64,000 nt of DNA from an uncultured delta proteobacterium (GTDB taxonomy: Bacteria; Myxococcota; Myxococcia; Myxococcales; Anaeromyxobacteraceae), in assembly GCA_963814585.1 (NCBI GenBank), contig CAWFDF010000009.1, forward strand, positions 64,001 to 128,000, written 5' to 3'. The notes below the pieces were generated by a model that ran no database searches, was not told the origin of the DNA, and saw nothing but the letters and a program-made list of their open reading frames with translations. Made by a program: the position numbers and the translations under genes. This document shows, piece by piece, positions 1-12,639 of this stretch (position 1 is its first letter; each line of letters starts with the position of its first letter).

Positions 1-528
1 CGCCAGCACCCCGCCCTCGGCCAGCGCCGCCCGGCAGGCGGCCAGGCCGCCGTGCCCGTAGATGCGGTGGTTGGCCTCGTGGACCATCGAGCCCGGGCCG
101 TTGTCGACGTCGAGCAGGATGGCGTCGTAGGCGCCGCGGGCCTCGGCGATGCGGTCCATCACGTCGCCGACGTGGAGCTTGCAGCGCGGGTCGTCGAGCG
201 GCCGGCCGGCCAGCTTGCCCACCAGCCGCCGGTTCCAGTCGACCAGGGCCGGCGTCAGCTCGGCGACCACCACCCTGGCGTCGGTGGGGATCCGCTCGAG
301 CGCGGCGCGCGCCGTGAAGCCGAGTCCCAGGCCGCCCACCAGGACGGCGCGGCGGTGGCGCGCCTTCTTCAGCGCCAGCTCCGCCAGGGCGTCCTCCGAG
401 CCGTGCTGCCGGCTCGACATCAGCACCTTGCCGCCGTAGCGGACCACCCACTCGCCGTCGCGGCTGGCCAGCACCATCTCGGTGCCGTCCGGCGCCAGCG
501 CCTTCTCGACCGTCGCCCAGGGCTTCAC
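1..528 (-). CDS. Spermidine synthase-like class I SAM-dependent methyltransferase (runs off the window start)
   Basis: Not in the ORF track. Hand translation from GTG at 528 gives MKPWATVEKALAPDGTEMVL...LMSSRQHGSE...VLVGGLGLGFT (SAM-binding glycine motif)...VVVAEL...YDAILLDVDNGP. Confidence 0.8.
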   Translation of the reverse strand, partial: MKPWATVEKALAPDGTEMVLASRDGEWVVRYGGKVLMSSRQHGSEDALAELALKKARHRRAVLVGGLGLGFTARAALERIPTDARVVVAELTPALVDWNRRLVGKLAGRPLDDPRCKLHVGDVMDRIAEARGAYDAILLDVDNGPGSMVHEANHRIYGHGGLAACRAALAEGGVLA

Positions 529-647
529 GACCGAGGGTCTACCGCAGGCTGGCGACGGCCGCCATGCTCCGGCGCCGCCGGCCTGCTCGAGCTGGAGAGG
601 GCCGCCGCCCGGCGCTCGCCCGCAGGCGCCCGCGCCCAGCAGGCGAT

Positions 648-1127
648 CTAGGCCAGCAGGCCGACCAGCAGCGCGCCGATGAGCAGGAAGGCGAGCATCA
701 CCTTGGCCACGCTCCCGATCAGGAAGCCGAGGAGCGTCCCCACCCCGGCCTGCAGCGCCTTCTCCAGGTCGGGATCCTTCCAGAGCTCCAGCGCGACGGC
801 CCCCACCACCGGCCCGAGGACGATCCCGACCGGCCCGAGGAAGAGGCCGACCAGCAGGCCCGCGGTGGCGCCGATCACCGCCCAGCGCGAGGCCCCGAAG
901 GCCTTCGCCCCCAGGGCGGTGGCCGCCCAGTCGGCCGCCACGATGAGCAGCGCCAGCACCCCGGTGACGGCCAGCGTGGGCGCGCCGACCAGCTGGAAGT
1001 CACCGGCCCAGGCGATGAGCCAGACCCCGGCCCAGAGCCCGGCCGCCCCCGGCAGGACCGGGATCACCACGCCGGCCAGCCCGGCCAGCAGGGCCAGCGC
1101 GCCGAGCACGTAGAGCACGATGTCCAC
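648..1127 (-). CDS. DUF456 family membrane protein
   Basis: 159 aa, hydrophobic, with IPVLPG, GAKAFGASRW and GIVLGPVVGA motifs typical of DUF456. Confidence 0.8.
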   Translation of the reverse strand: MDIVLYVLGALALLAGLAGVVIPVLPGAAGLWAGVWLIAWAGDFQLVGAPTLAVTGVLALLIVAADWAATALGAKAFGASRWAVIGATAGLLVGLFLGPVGIVLGPVVGAVALELWKDPDLEKALQAGVGTLLGFLIGSVAKVMLAFLLIGALLVGLLA

Positions 1128-1283
1128 CCCGGCATGCTACCGCCTCGCCCGCGCCCCGGCACGGTCACGCCCGGGCCGTGCGCAGGGCGCGCGGCGCTCC
1201 ACGGCGTCACGGGCCCGTCACCCTCCAGCCGGCCCGGCGGCACTTCGCTCGGAATCTCCGCCGCGCGGGACTAGACTCCCGGC

Positions 1284-3047
<1,764 letters not shown>

Positions 3048-3051
<4 letters not shown>

Positions 3052-4307
3052 CGCCCGAGGGCCGGCTGCGCCTGGTGCCCTTCGAGGCCCTGCGCGGGCT
3101 GGCCGGGGCGCTCGAGCCGGCCCTCGCCGAGGTGCTCGCCGGCGCCACGGCCGAGCGGGTCCTCGACCGCTTCCTGCGCCGCCACCGGGACCTCGAGGCC
3201 CCGGGCCGGGCGGCGTGCGCCGAGGCCCTCCTCGGCGTCGGGCTCTGGCGCCGCCGGCTGCGCCACGCGCTCGGCGGTGCGCCCGGCTCGCCGCGCCTGC
3301 TGCTGGCGCTGCTGCTGCGGGACCTGGCCGGCCGGGACGACGCCGCCGAGCTGGCCGGGCTCCCGCCCGGCGGCTGGCCGCCGGCCGTCCCGCCGCCGGT
3401 GGCCCTGGCCGACCGGGCCTCGCTCCCCGACTGGCTGGCGGGGGAGCTGGTGCTGGCCGCCGGCGGCGAGGCCGAGGCGCTGGCCGACGCGCTCAACCTG
3501 CCGGGTCCGGTGGCGCTGCGGGCCAACCGGCTGCGCGGCGATCGCGGCGGGCTGGCCGAGGCGCTCGCCCGGCAAGGGGTCGGGACGCGCCCGTCGGCGC
3601 TGGCCCCCGACGGCCTGGTGATCACCTCGCCGCGCGCCAACGTCCGGGGCCTCGAGGCCTGGCGCGACGGCCGCTGCGAGGTGCAGGACGAGGGGAGCCA
3701 GCTGCTGGCGCTGGCGCTCGGCGCCCGCCGCGGGGAGCGGGTGCTCGACCGCTGCGCCGGGGCCGGCGGCAAGGCGCTGGCGCTGGCCGCGGCGGTGGGT
3801 CCGGAGGGGCGGGTGCTGGCCTGCGACGCCGACGAGGAGCGGCTGCGGCGGCTGGAGGAGCGGGCCGGACGGGCCGGCGCCGCGGCCATCGTGGAGGTGC
3901 TGGGCGCCGCGCCGCCCTCGCCGCTCGAGGTGGACGGCGCGCTGGTCGACGCCCCCTGCTCCGAGCTCGGGCCGCTGCGGCGGGGCCCGGACCAGCGCTG
4001 GCGGGTCGACCCGGGCCGCTTCGCGGCGCTGCCGCCGCTCCAGCTCGCGCTGCTGCGAGACGCGGCCCGCTGCGTCCGGCCGGGCGGGCGGCTGGTCTAC
4101 GCCACCTGCACCTTCCGCCGGGAGGAGAACGAGGCGGTGGCGCTGGCCTTCGAGGCGGCCGAGCCGGGCTGGCGGCGCGCCGCCCCGGCGGCGCCCGACC
4201 AGGTGCTGGGACCGGACCGGTTCCTCAGGACCTTCCCCCACCGGCACGGGACCGACGGCTTCTTCGCCGCGGCCTGGGTTCGATCGGAGGGCGCTCCGCG
4301 TCCCTGA
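3048..4307 (+). CDS. RsmB/NOP family RNA (cytosine-C5) methyltransferase
   Basis: ATG 3048 overlaps the kinase stop (ATGA). Motifs EVQDEGSQL, VLDRCAGAGGK, LVDAPCS, LVYATCT and TDGFFAA. Confidence 0.9.
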
Positions 4308-4346
4308 GGCTGGATCGCCCGGGCGACTCCTGGCCCGGCCCGGCTC

Positions 4347-6023
4347 CTACTCGGCCTCCAGCACCGCGCCGTTGCTGGCGTTGGTGACCTGGGCCGCGTA
4401 GCGGCGCAGCCACTTCGAGCGGATCTCCTTCCTCGGCGCCGTCCAGCCGGCGCGCCGCCTGGCCAGCTCGGCGTCGGCGACGCCCAGCGTCAGCGCCCGG
4501 GACTCCACGTCGATGGTGATGGCGTCGCCGTCGCGGACCAGCGCGATGGCCCCGCCCTCGGCGGCCTCGGGCGAGACGTGGCCGACGCAGGCCCCGCGGG
4601 TGGCGCCCGAGAAGCGGCCGTCGGTGACCAGGCCGACCGAGTTCCCCAGCCCCATCCCCATGATGAGCGCGGTGGGGGAGAGCATCTCCTGCATCCCCGG
4701 CCCGCCCTTCGGCCCCTCGTAGCGGATCACCACGAAGTCGCCCGCCTTCACCTTGCCGGCCATGATCCCTGCCACCGCCTCGTCCTGCGAGTCGAAGCAG
4801 ACGGCCTTGCCGGTGAACTTCCGCATCCCCGGCTCGATGCCGGCGGTCTTCACCACCGCCCCCTCGGTGGCCAGGTTGCCGAAGAGGACGGCGATGCCGC
4901 CCACCGGGCTCCAGGCGTGCTCGAGGTCGTGGATCACCGCCCGGTCCGTCACCTCGGCCTGCTCGATCCGCTGGCCGATGGTCTCGCCGCCCACGGTCAT
5001 GGCCCCGGTCCGGACCACGTCCCCGCGCCGGGCGATCTCCTTGAGGACCGCGCCGACGCCGCCCGCCTTGTGGACATCCTCGATGTGCACGGTGGAGAGC
5101 GAGGGGGCGATCTTGGCCACGTGCGCCACCCGGGCCGCCACCGCCTCGATGTCCCGGAGGTCCAGCTTCACGCCCGCCTCGCGGGCGATGGCCAGCAGGT
5201 GGAGGATGGTGTTGGAGGAGCCGCCCATGGCCATGTCGACCACGATGGCGTTCTGGACCGCGTCGCGGTCCAGGATCCTCCGCATCTTGAACTCGGGCTT
5301 CAGCGCGATCTCGACGGTGCGCCTGGCGGCGCGGCGGACCAGCGCCTCGCGCTCGGGGGTGAGCGCCAGCACCGTGCCGTTGCCGGGCAGCGCGATCCCC
5401 ATGGCCTCGCAGAGCACGTTCATCGAGTTGGCGGTGAACATGCCCGAGCAGGAGCCGCCCGACGGGCAGGCCCGGCACTCGATCTCGTAGAGCTCCTCGT
5501 CGGTCATCTTCCCCTGGGCCCGCCTGGCCACCGCCTCGAAGGCGGTGCTGAGGTCGATGGAGGTGCCGTCCTTCAGCGTCCCCGCCTTCATCGGCCCGCC
5601 CGAGCAGAAGACGGTGGGCACGTCGACCCGCAGCGCCCCCATCACCATCCCCGGCACGATCTTGTCGCAGTTGGGGATGCAGAGCAGGGCGTCGAGCTGG
5701 TGCGCCTCCATCACCGTCTCGACCGAGTCGGCGATCAGCTCGCGCGAGGGCAGCGAGTACTTCATGCCGCCGTGCCCCATGGCGATGCCGTCGTCCACGC
5801 CGATGGTGTTGAACTCGAAGGGGACGCCACCCGCCTTGCGGATCTCCTCCTTGGCGATCCGGCCGTACTCCTGAAGGTAGAAGTGGCCGGGGATGATGTC
5901 GATGTGGCTGTTGGCGATGCCGATGAAGGGCTTGGCGAAGTCCTCGTCCTTCAGGCCGACGGCGCGGAGCAGGCTGCGGTGGGGAGCCCGCTCGAACCCC
6001 TTCTTGACGGTGTCGGAGCGCAT
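4347..6023 (-). CDS. ilvD: Dihydroxy-acid dehydratase
   Basis: [19 protein letters not shown]...[13 protein letters not shown]...NCDKIVPGM...[11 protein letters not shown]...[13 protein letters not shown]...[11 protein letters not shown]. Confidence 0.97.
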   Translation of the reverse strand: MRSDTVKKGFERAPHRSLLRAVGLKDEDFAKPFIGIANSHIDIIPGHFYLQEYGRIAKEEIRKAGGVPFEFNTIGVDDGIAMGHGGMKYSLPSRELIADSVETVMEAHQLDALLCIPNCDKIVPGMVMGALRVDVPTVFCSGGPMKAGTLKDGTSIDLSTAFEAVARRAQGKMTDEELYEIECRACPSGGSCSGMFTANSMNVLCEAMGIALPGNGTVLALTPEREALVRRAARRTVEIALKPEFKMRRILDRDAVQNAIVVDMAMGGSSNTILHLLAIAREAGVKLDLRDIEAVAARVAHVAKIAPSLSTVHIEDVHKAGGVGAVLKEIARRGDVVRTGAMTVGGETIGQRIEQAEVTDRAVIHDLEHAWSPVGGIAVLFGNLATEGAVVKTAGIEPGMRKFTGKAVCFDSQDEAVAGIMAGKVKAGDFVVIRYEGPKGGPGMQEMLSPTALIMGMGLGNSVGLVTDGRFSGATRGACVGHVSPEAAEGGAIALVRDGDAITIDVESRALTLGVADAELARRRAGWTAPRKEIRSKWLRRYAAQVTNASNGAVLEAE

Positions 6024-6122
6024 GGGAGGGATGTCACTCCGCCGGGCGCTCCGAGTCAATGCCGGGCCCCGACCAGGCACCGGCTCGGAAACGCCGCGGC
6101 GCGGTACTAGACTCGGTGGCCC

Positions 6123-7445
6123 GTGCTCCTCGCCCCGCTGCTCTCGGCCCTCCTGGCCGCCGCCCCGGCCGGCCCCTGCGACCGCTTCACCGCCCTGGGG
6201 GGGCCGGCCCCGGAGCGGGGCGACGACGCCACCTGCGTCCAGCTGCTCGACGACGCCTGCGCCGGGAGCGTGGGGCGGGCCTGCAGCGCGCTGGCCGACC
6301 TGCTGCTGTCCGGGAGCGGCGTGGCCCCGGACCCGGCCCGGGCCGAGCGACTCCTCGACCGGGGCTGCCAGGCCGGCCACGCCGAGGCCTGCTTTCGCCT
6401 GGCCGGTCGCACCACCGACCCGGCCCGGCGCCGCGCCCTGCTCGCCGACGGGTGCGCCGAAGGCTCCGGCGGCGCCTGCCTCGACCTGGCCGAGCTGGCC
6501 AGCGACCCGGCCGCCCGGCGCGCCCTGCTGGAGCGCGCCTGCGACCTCGGCGCCGGGGGCGGCTGCCTGGCGCTGGCGCGGCTCGGCAGCGCTCCCCGCG
6601 GCATGACCTGGCTCGCCCTGCTGGAGCGCGGCTGCACCCGGGGAAGCGGGGCCGCCTGCACCGAGGCCGGGAAGGCCCGGAGCACCGAGGCCGCCAGCCC
6701 GCACGACCTGGATCGGGCCATCGAGCGGTTCGAGCGTGGCTGCCAGCTCGGCTCGAGCGAGGGCTGCGCCCGGCTCGGCAGCGCCCTGGTGCGGGGCGAC
6801 GCCGTGGTCCGCGACCTGCCGCGTGGTCGCGCCCTGCTCGTCGCCCACTGCGGCGCGCTCGGGGCGGAGGCCTGCCTGGCCGCCGCGGCCGAGCTGCCCG
6901 GCGGAGCGGCGGCGCTGCTCGAGGGCGAGCCGCCGCTGCCGCTGCTGGAGGTGCTCTGCGGGCGCCAGCAGGCCGAGGCCTGCCGCCGGGCCGGGCGCAT
7001 CTTCCAGGAGGGGCTGCTGGTCACCGGCGACGGGCGGCGGGCCGAGTACTTCTACGGGCTGGCCTGCGCCGGCGGTCAGGCCGCCGCCTGCCACGACCTC
7101 GCCATCCTGCTCTGGGCCGGTGGCGGCGTCCCCGTCGACCGGCCGCGCGCCGCCACGCTCCTGCGCCAGGCCTGCGACGGCGGGGTGGTGAGGGCCTGCC
7201 TCGACCTGGAGCTGTACGGACTGCGGAAGCCGGCGGCTCGCCGACTAGCGGCGGTGGACGGCGCCGTTCTGCGCCCACAGGTCGCCAGGCGACCGCAGGT
7301 CCTCCATGATGGCGACGCCGAGGGCGCAGGCCGTGAAGACGGCCAGCGCCAGCATCCAGGGCTTGAACGGCAGGAGCTCCTGCGGAACCTGGCGAGGCGT
7401 CCTGGGCCGGTCTGGCGGAAGCGGCGGCATCGGGTGCAAGGCTAG
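6123..7445 (+). CDS. Secreted cysteine-rich Sel1-like repeat protein (true 3' end may be near 7248)
   Basis: Signal peptide, then repeated AC..G...AC..LG units ([40 protein letters not shown]). Confidence 0.75.
   Translation: MLLAPLLSALLAAAPAGPCDRFTALGGPAPERGDDATCVQLLDDACAGSVGRACSALADLLLSGSGVAPDPARAERLLDRGCQAGHAEACFRLAGRTTDPARRRALLADGCAEGSGGACLDLAELASDPAARRALLERACDLGAGGGCLALARLGSAPRGMTWLALLERGCTRGSGAACTEAGKARSTEAASPHDLDRAIERFERGCQLGSSEGCARLGSALVRGDAVVRDLPRGRALLVAHCGALGAEACLAAAAELPGGAAALLEGEPPLPLLEVLCGRQQAEACRRAGRIFQEGLLVTGDGRRAEYFYGLACAGGQAAACHDLAILLWAGGGVPVDRPRAATLLRQACDGGVVRACLDLELYGLRKPAARRLAAVDGAVLRPQVARRPQVLHDGDAEGAGREDGQRQHPGLERQELLRNLARRPGPVWRKRRHRVQG
7245..7430 (-). CDS. Small single-pass membrane protein (hypothetical)
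   Basis: [61 protein letters not shown]. One hydrophobic helix and TAGCCT 8 nt upstream of the ATG. Confidence 0.5.
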   Translation of the reverse strand: MPPLPPDRPRTPRQVPQELLPFKPWMLALAVFTACALGVAIMEDLRSPGDLWAQNGAVHRR

Positions 7446-7561
7446 ACCGAGCACCGGGGCGGGCGCAACACCACGGCCGGTCCCGCCGCCGGTGGACCCC
7501 CGTCCCAAAGGGGCACGAGTGCGGTGCCGCGGCGCTCGCGGCGCGGTATGAACGGACACCC

Positions 7562-8985
7562 ATGACCGCCCTCCCCGTCATCGCCCTGGCGCTCGCGCTC
7601 GCCGCCCCGCCGCCGGCCCCGCCCCCCCGCGCACCTTCCGCGTCGACTACTTCCACACCGGCACCGCCACCTCCGAGACCTTCTCGCTCGATCGGCTGGT
7701 GCTCGAGCCGCTGCCGTTCCCGGGCCGGCCCGACCGGGCCGTCGACGACCTCGGCCTCGGCAAGTACCACTTCGAGGTCCGCGACCAGCAGAGCGGCGCG
7801 CTCCTCTACTCGCGCGGCTTCGCCTCCGTCTACGGCGAGTGGGAGACCACCGACGAGGCGCGCAAGGCCACCCGCACCTTCTCCGAGTCGCTCCGCTTCC
7901 CGGCCCCGGCCGCGCCGGTGAGGGTGGTGCTGAGGAAGCGGGCCCCCGACCAGTCCTTCCGCGAGGCCTGGACCCTGCTGGTCGACCCGAGGGACCAGCT
8001 CGTCGACACCGCCCCGCCCCCGTCGCCGGGGCCGGTCGTCACCTTCCAGCGGAGCGGCCCGCCGGAGCGGAAGTTCGACCTGCTGCTCCTCGGCGACGGC
8101 TACACCGCCGCCCAGCGCGGCGCCTTCGAGGCCGACGCGCGCCGGCTGCTCGAGGCGCTCTTCGCCGTCGAGCCGTGGAGGTCGCGGCGCGGCGACGTCA
8201 ACGCCTGGGGGCTCTGTCCGCCGTCCGACCAGCCCGGGGTCTCCCGCCCCTCCACCGGCGTCCACCGGCGCAGCCGCGTCGGCGCCACCTACGACGCCTT
8301 CGGCTCGGAGCGCTACGTCCTCAGCTTCGAGAACCGCTCGCTGCGCGACGTCGCCGCCTTCGCCCCCTACGACGCGGTGGCCATCCTCGTCAACGGCGAG
8401 ACCTACGGCGGCGGCGGCATCTTCAACCTCTACACCACGGTCGCGGCCCGCTCGAGGTGGGCCGAGTACATCTTCGTCCACGAGCTGGGCCACTCGGTGG
8501 CGGCGCTGGCCGACGAGTACTTCACCAGCGACACCGCCTACCTCCCGGCCGAGGGGCGGATCGAGCCCTGGGAGGCCAACGTCACCCTCGATCCCAGGGC
8601 GGCCAAGTGGGCCGACCTGGTCACGCCCGGCGCCCCGCTCCCCACCCCGTGGCCCAAGGAGGCCTTCACGGCGCGGGCCCGGGAGATCCAGGCCCAGCGC
8701 AAGGCCATCCGCAAGCGGAACGGGCCGGAGGCCGAGATGGACGCGCTCTTCGCCATGCAGCAGGAGGAGGAGACGGCGCTGCTCTCGCCGCTCGGCGGGA
8801 CGGTGGGCGCCTTCGAGGGGGCCAACTACGAGGCCTCCGGCAGCTTCCGGCCCCAGGCCGACTGCGTCATGTTCTCCCGCGACCGGGTCCCCTTCTGCGC
8901 GGTCTGCCGCCGGACGCTGGACCGGGTCCTGGACCTGTACGCCGCCCCCGCCGCCGCCCCCGTCACCGACCCTTCGCCGCGCTAG
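7562..8985 (+). CDS. Peptidase M64 (IgA peptidase family) metalloprotease, apparent frameshift in the C-run at about 7622-7628
   Basis: Signal peptide from ATG 7562. RTFRVDYFHTG, LLLGDGYT, YGGGGIFN, the zinc motif VHELGHSVAALADEY and DCVM...FCAVC are in the frame of ORF 7699..8985. Confidence 0.88.
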
Positions 8986-8990
8986 CCGCC

Positions 8991-9048
8991 CGCCACCACC
9001 CGGCTCTCCACCACTCCGCTCGCCACCGCCCCGCTCGCCGCCTCCCGG
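8991..9048. repeat. Degenerate 15-bp tandem repeat (about 3.8 copies) upstream of the GMP reductase-like gene
   Basis: cgccaccacccggct / ctccaccactccgct / cgccaccgccccgct / cgccgcctcccgg. Confidence 0.6.
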
Positions 9049-9058
9049 AGCCACCCCC

Positions 9059-10066
9059 ATGCGCGAAGCCTTCACCTTCGACGACGTCCTCCTGGTCCCC
9101 GCCTACAACCACTACGAGTCGCGCCAGCACGTCGACACCTCGGTCACCGACCGGACCGGCAAGCTGACGCTCAAGCTGCCGCTCATGACCGCCAACATGG
9201 ACACCATCACCGAGTCGGCGATGGCCAACTTCATCGGCGGCAAGGGGGGCATCGGCGTGCTCCACCGCTTCATGTCGGTGGAGCGCAACGTCGAGGAGTT
9301 CCGGCGCTGCACCGGCCAGGTCTTCGTCTCCATCGGCACCTCCGAGGAGGAGCTGGAGCGGGCCGAGGCCCTGCGCGGCGCCGGCGCCGACCTCTTCGTG
9401 GTCGACGTGGCCCACGGCCACGCCCGCTACATGGGCAAGACGCTCAAGCGGCTGCGCGAGCTGCTCCCCAACGCCTGCCTGATGGCCGGCAACGTGGCCA
9501 CCTACGCCGGCGCCGACTACCTGGCCTCGGTGGGAGCCGACATCGTCAAGGTGGGGATCGGGCCGGGGAGCGTCTGCACCACCCGGCTCAAGACCGGCCA
9601 CGGCGTGCCGCAGCTCACCGCCATCCAGGACTGCGCCCGCTGCGACCGCTCCATCGTGGCCGACGGCGGCATCCGCTACGCCGGCGACCTGGTCAAGGCG
9701 CTGGCCTTCGGCGCCGACTTCGTGATGATCGGCGGGATGCTGGCAGGGACGCGCCCCACGCCGGGCGAGCGGGTGCCGCAGCCCGACGGCAGCTGGGTGA
9801 AGACCTACCGCGGCATGGCCAGCCGCGAGGTGGCCGACGATCACCACGGCGGCATCGCCGAGTGGAAGACCGCCGAGGGGATCTCCACCACCGTCCCGTA
9901 CCGCGAGGACGAGGACCGGATCATCGGGGACCTGGTGGGCGGGCTCCGCTCCGGCCTCACCTACGCCGGGAGCCAGACCGTGAAGGAGCTGCAGCGCAAG
10001 CTCAACTACACGGTGATCACGCCGAGCGGCTGGCGCGAGTCGCTGCCGCACAAGGCGATGCTGTAG
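9059..10066 (+). CDS. guaC: GMP reductase / CBS-less IMP dehydrogenase family protein
   Basis: [23 protein letters not shown], catalytic loop [23 protein letters not shown]. No CBS domains. GuaC versus GuaB cannot be settled by eye. Confidence 0.8.
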   Translation: MREAFTFDDVLLVPAYNHYESRQHVDTSVTDRTGKLTLKLPLMTANMDTITESAMANFIGGKGGIGVLHRFMSVERNVEEFRRCTGQVFVSIGTSEEELERAEALRGAGADLFVVDVAHGHARYMGKTLKRLRELLPNACLMAGNVATYAGADYLASVGADIVKVGIGPGSVCTTRLKTGHGVPQLTAIQDCARCDRSIVADGGIRYAGDLVKALAFGADFVMIGGMLAGTRPTPGERVPQPDGSWVKTYRGMASREVADDHHGGIAEWKTAEGISTTVPYREDEDRIIGDLVGGLRSGLTYAGSQTVKELQRKLNYTVITPSGWRESLPHKAML

Positions 10067-10112
10067 CCGGGGACGAGGCCCCGGCGGAGCCAGGGCGGCG
10101 CGCCCACCAGGC

Positions 10113-10153
10113 AAGAGGAAACCCCGGCCCCGCGCGAGCGGGACCGGGGCTTC
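10113..10153 (-). terminator. Intrinsic terminator between the convergent guaC and porin genes
   Basis: Stem gaaaccccggccccgc / gcgggaccggggcttc with a 4-nt loop, ending in TTTCCTCTT on the minus strand. Confidence 0.65.
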
Positions 10154-10172
10154 GAGTGCTGCGCGCCAGTGA

Positions 10173-11441
10173 CTAGAAGAAGTAGTTGGCGGTGATCAGG
10201 CCCTGCATGGCGTCGGTGCTGGTGGTGGTGCCAACGCCGGTCCCGTAGGTGGTCTTGTTCTGGTAGAACTCGAGCCCCAGGGCGTAGCCGCCGTCCTGGT
10301 ACTTGAGCATGCCGCCCATGACGGTGTTGTCCAGGCGGCTGGTGTTGCCGGCGACGCGGCGCATGTCGGCCTCGTCGGGGGTGTTGGCGCCGTACACGAC
10401 GCTGAGCTGGATCTCCTTGGTGAAGTTGGCGGCCAGCTCGACCCAGTAGCCGGTGTCGTCGATGTCGCCGAACGCCAGCAGCGAGCCGAGCATGTTGCCG
10501 GTGGCGCTGCCCATGTAGTAGTTGCCGGCCAGCTGGAGCATGGTCCACCTGACCTTGCCGCCCACCTCGAAGACGTTGCCGTCGATGCTGGTCTTGCCGG
10601 CCGCATAGGCCGGAGGCGTGGCGCTGCCGCCGAAGCCGGTGAGATCCACCGTGTGGTAGACGCCGACCAGGTAGGCCATGTAGGTGAAGTCGCCGGACTT
10701 GCCGTCGACCTTGGCGCGCCCCTGGAACATGGGCATGCCCGAGGCCTCACCGAAGCCGACGCCGGCCGGCGTGGTGGCGAGGCTGGTGGAGCCGTTGTTC
10801 CACTTGTTGGCCACGGCCTCGGCGGCCAGCTCGAGCTTCATGGCGTCGATCGGAATCGTGTAGCTGAAGCGGATGCCCGGGGTGCGCCAGCCGATGGTGC
10901 CGGCCCCGTAGGTCATCGGGTTGGAGAGGTGGGCGAGCGAGGCCGGGATCTGGGGCACCACCAGCTGGTTCTGCTGGCCGAACTGCAGGTTGGCGTTGCC
11001 GAACTTCAGCTCGGCGATGGCGACGCGGAGGCGCGGGTGCGGCTGCTCGGCCCCGTAGGTGCCGGCGCTGGTCACGCCGAAGAAGTCGAACTCGAGGTAG
11101 GCGCGCGGCTGGGCGGCGCCGTCGAAGACCTTGGGGCCGGCCATGGAGAAGGAGAAGCGCGAGTTGCGGACGTCGCCGGCCATGATCGAGCCCGACTTGG
11201 TGGCGCTGGGGACGGCGCAGGGGCCGGGCTCGCAGGGCGCCGAGTTGGCGGGCGAGGGCGCCACCAGGGTCAGCCCCTGGCCCTGACCGGCGGCGAAGGT
11301 CTGATCCTGGTAGTACATCGAGGCGGACGCAATCCCGTGGAACTCGAACTTCCACGGATTCTCATCGGCGGCTTGCACGCTGGGCGCCGCGAGGGCGATC
11401 GCGAGCAGGGTGGCGGACATCAGGGAGCGCAGGTTATTCAC
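10173..11441 (-). CDS. Putative outer-membrane beta-barrel porin
   Basis: Signal peptide (…SVQA), amphipathic beta-strand pattern (AYLEFDFFG, PRLRVAIAEL, GIRFSYT) and C-terminal ANYFF beta-signal. GGAGG RBS upstream. Confidence 0.75.
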   Translation of the reverse strand: MNNLRSLMSATLLAIALAAPSVQAADENPWKFEFHGIASASMYYQDQTFAAGQGQGLTLVAPSPANSAPCEPGPCAVPSATKSGSIMAGDVRNSRFSFSMAGPKVFDGAAQPRAYLEFDFFGVTSAGTYGAEQPHPRLRVAIAELKFGNANLQFGQQNQLVVPQIPASLAHLSNPMTYGAGTIGWRTPGIRFSYTIPIDAMKLELAAEAVANKWNNGSTSLATTPAGVGFGEASGMPMFQGRAKVDGKSGDFTYMAYLVGVYHTVDLTGFGGSATPPAYAAGKTSIDGNVFEVGGKVRWTMLQLAGNYYMGSATGNMLGSLLAFGDIDDTGYWVELAANFTKEIQLSVVYGANTPDEADMRRVAGNTSRLDNTVMGGMLKYQDGGYALGLEFYQNKTTYGTGVGTTTSTDAMQGLITANYFF

Positions 11442-11849
11442 GTCTGTGTTCCTCCGTTGAACTGACTCGCCGACATCCGCAAAGGGGGCGCGGCGTGGGT
11501 GGGCTTCGGGGGGGCTTCGCGGGCTTCGTGGTGCAAATCGTTCGTCGAATGACGGTTATTGCGCAAGCCGCGATGCGTCAGGATCCGTTCAGGAGGCGCT
11601 CCCGGATCGAGATTATGCCAGTGATATCGGCTAGTTGAAAAATCTGAAAAAACGTTGCGTGGCCGTTTCGTGCCGAAATGGAGGCGGCCCGGAATCCCCT
11701 CGCCGGCTGTCGGTTCCTGTGTGGTCGGGTCCCACGGCTCCATGACCCTCGGGTCGGCCGCAGCCGCGACACATCGCCACGCTCCGGCGATCGCCCGCCC
11801 GGCGCTCTTCACGCTCCGTCCGTGGCGGCCCCGAGGTATGTTCCCCGCC

Positions 11850-12638
11850 ATGCCGGTCACCGCCGACGAGGTGCTCGACTTCATCCGCGCCCAGCGCCCG
11901 ATCCAGCAGCGGTTCTTCGGCGCCCGCGAGGCCGACAAGGTCCTCTCCTACCTCGGCAGCTGCGCCACGCCCGGCCTCTCCGCCTCGGTCTCCGTGCACC
12001 CGCTGCGCGCCCTGGCCCGCGGGCCGCGACCGTCGGAGCTGCTGGCCACCCTGGGCGGGGCCCCGCCTCGCCTGCCGGGGGCGGGCGAGATCGCCACCGC
12101 CTGCCTCTTCGACCAGCTCGTCGGGTACCAGCTCAAGACCGACGGGGCGGCGCCCGGCCGTGGCGTGGCCTGCGCCGGCGGGACCACCACCGTGCTGGGG
12201 GACCACGTCTACACGCTCCACCACGGGCCGTACATGACCACCGCCTTCGAGCAGGTGCCGATCGAGGAGGTGCTGGCCTCGGTGGGGAGCGCTCGCTTCG
12301 CGCTGCTCGGCGTCGGCACCCAGGTGAACCTCTCGCCGCGCTTCGACTGGCACGCCGAGAGGCGCGACGGCCGGCTGGTCACCTTCCACGGCGACGGGCT
12401 GCCGCTGAAGACCTGGGCCAACCTCAGGACCAACCGCCTGGTCACCCGCGCGCTCATCGACCCGTCCACCTTCTCCGGCTTCCTGGCCACCGGGCTGCTG
12501 GAGGAGTACCAGCCGGAGCAGGAGCCGGCGGCGTGGGCGGCCACCTGCCGCGGCTTCGCGGCGGGCGGCTGGTGGCGGCCGGCCCGCGCCTACAGGTTCG
12601 TGGCCGATCGGCTCGAGCGGCTGGCCCCGGTGGCCTGA
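11850..12638 (+). CDS. Hypothetical protein with a C-terminal pyridoxamine 5'-phosphate oxidase-like (FMN split-barrel) region
   Basis: GC3-rich frame from ATG 11850. NLSPR...KTWANLRTNRLVTRALID...GFLATG resembles the PNPOx-like pattern. Confidence 0.5.
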   Translation: MPVTADEVLDFIRAQRPIQQRFFGAREADKVLSYLGSCATPGLSASVSVHPLRALARGPRPSELLATLGGAPPRLPGAGEIATACLFDQLVGYQLKTDGAAPGRGVACAGGTTTVLGDHVYTLHHGPYMTTAFEQVPIEEVLASVGSARFALLGVGTQVNLSPRFDWHAERRDGRLVTFHGDGLPLKTWANLRTNRLVTRALIDPSTFSGFLATGLLEEYQPEQEPAAWAATCRGFAAGGWWRPARAYRFVADRLERLAPVA

Positions 12639-12639
12639 G

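Noticed and set aside
11442..11700. Known riboswitch upstream of the porin
   Set aside because: No recognisable cobalamin, TPP, SAM or c-di-GMP consensus elements by eye. An Rfam scan would be decisive.
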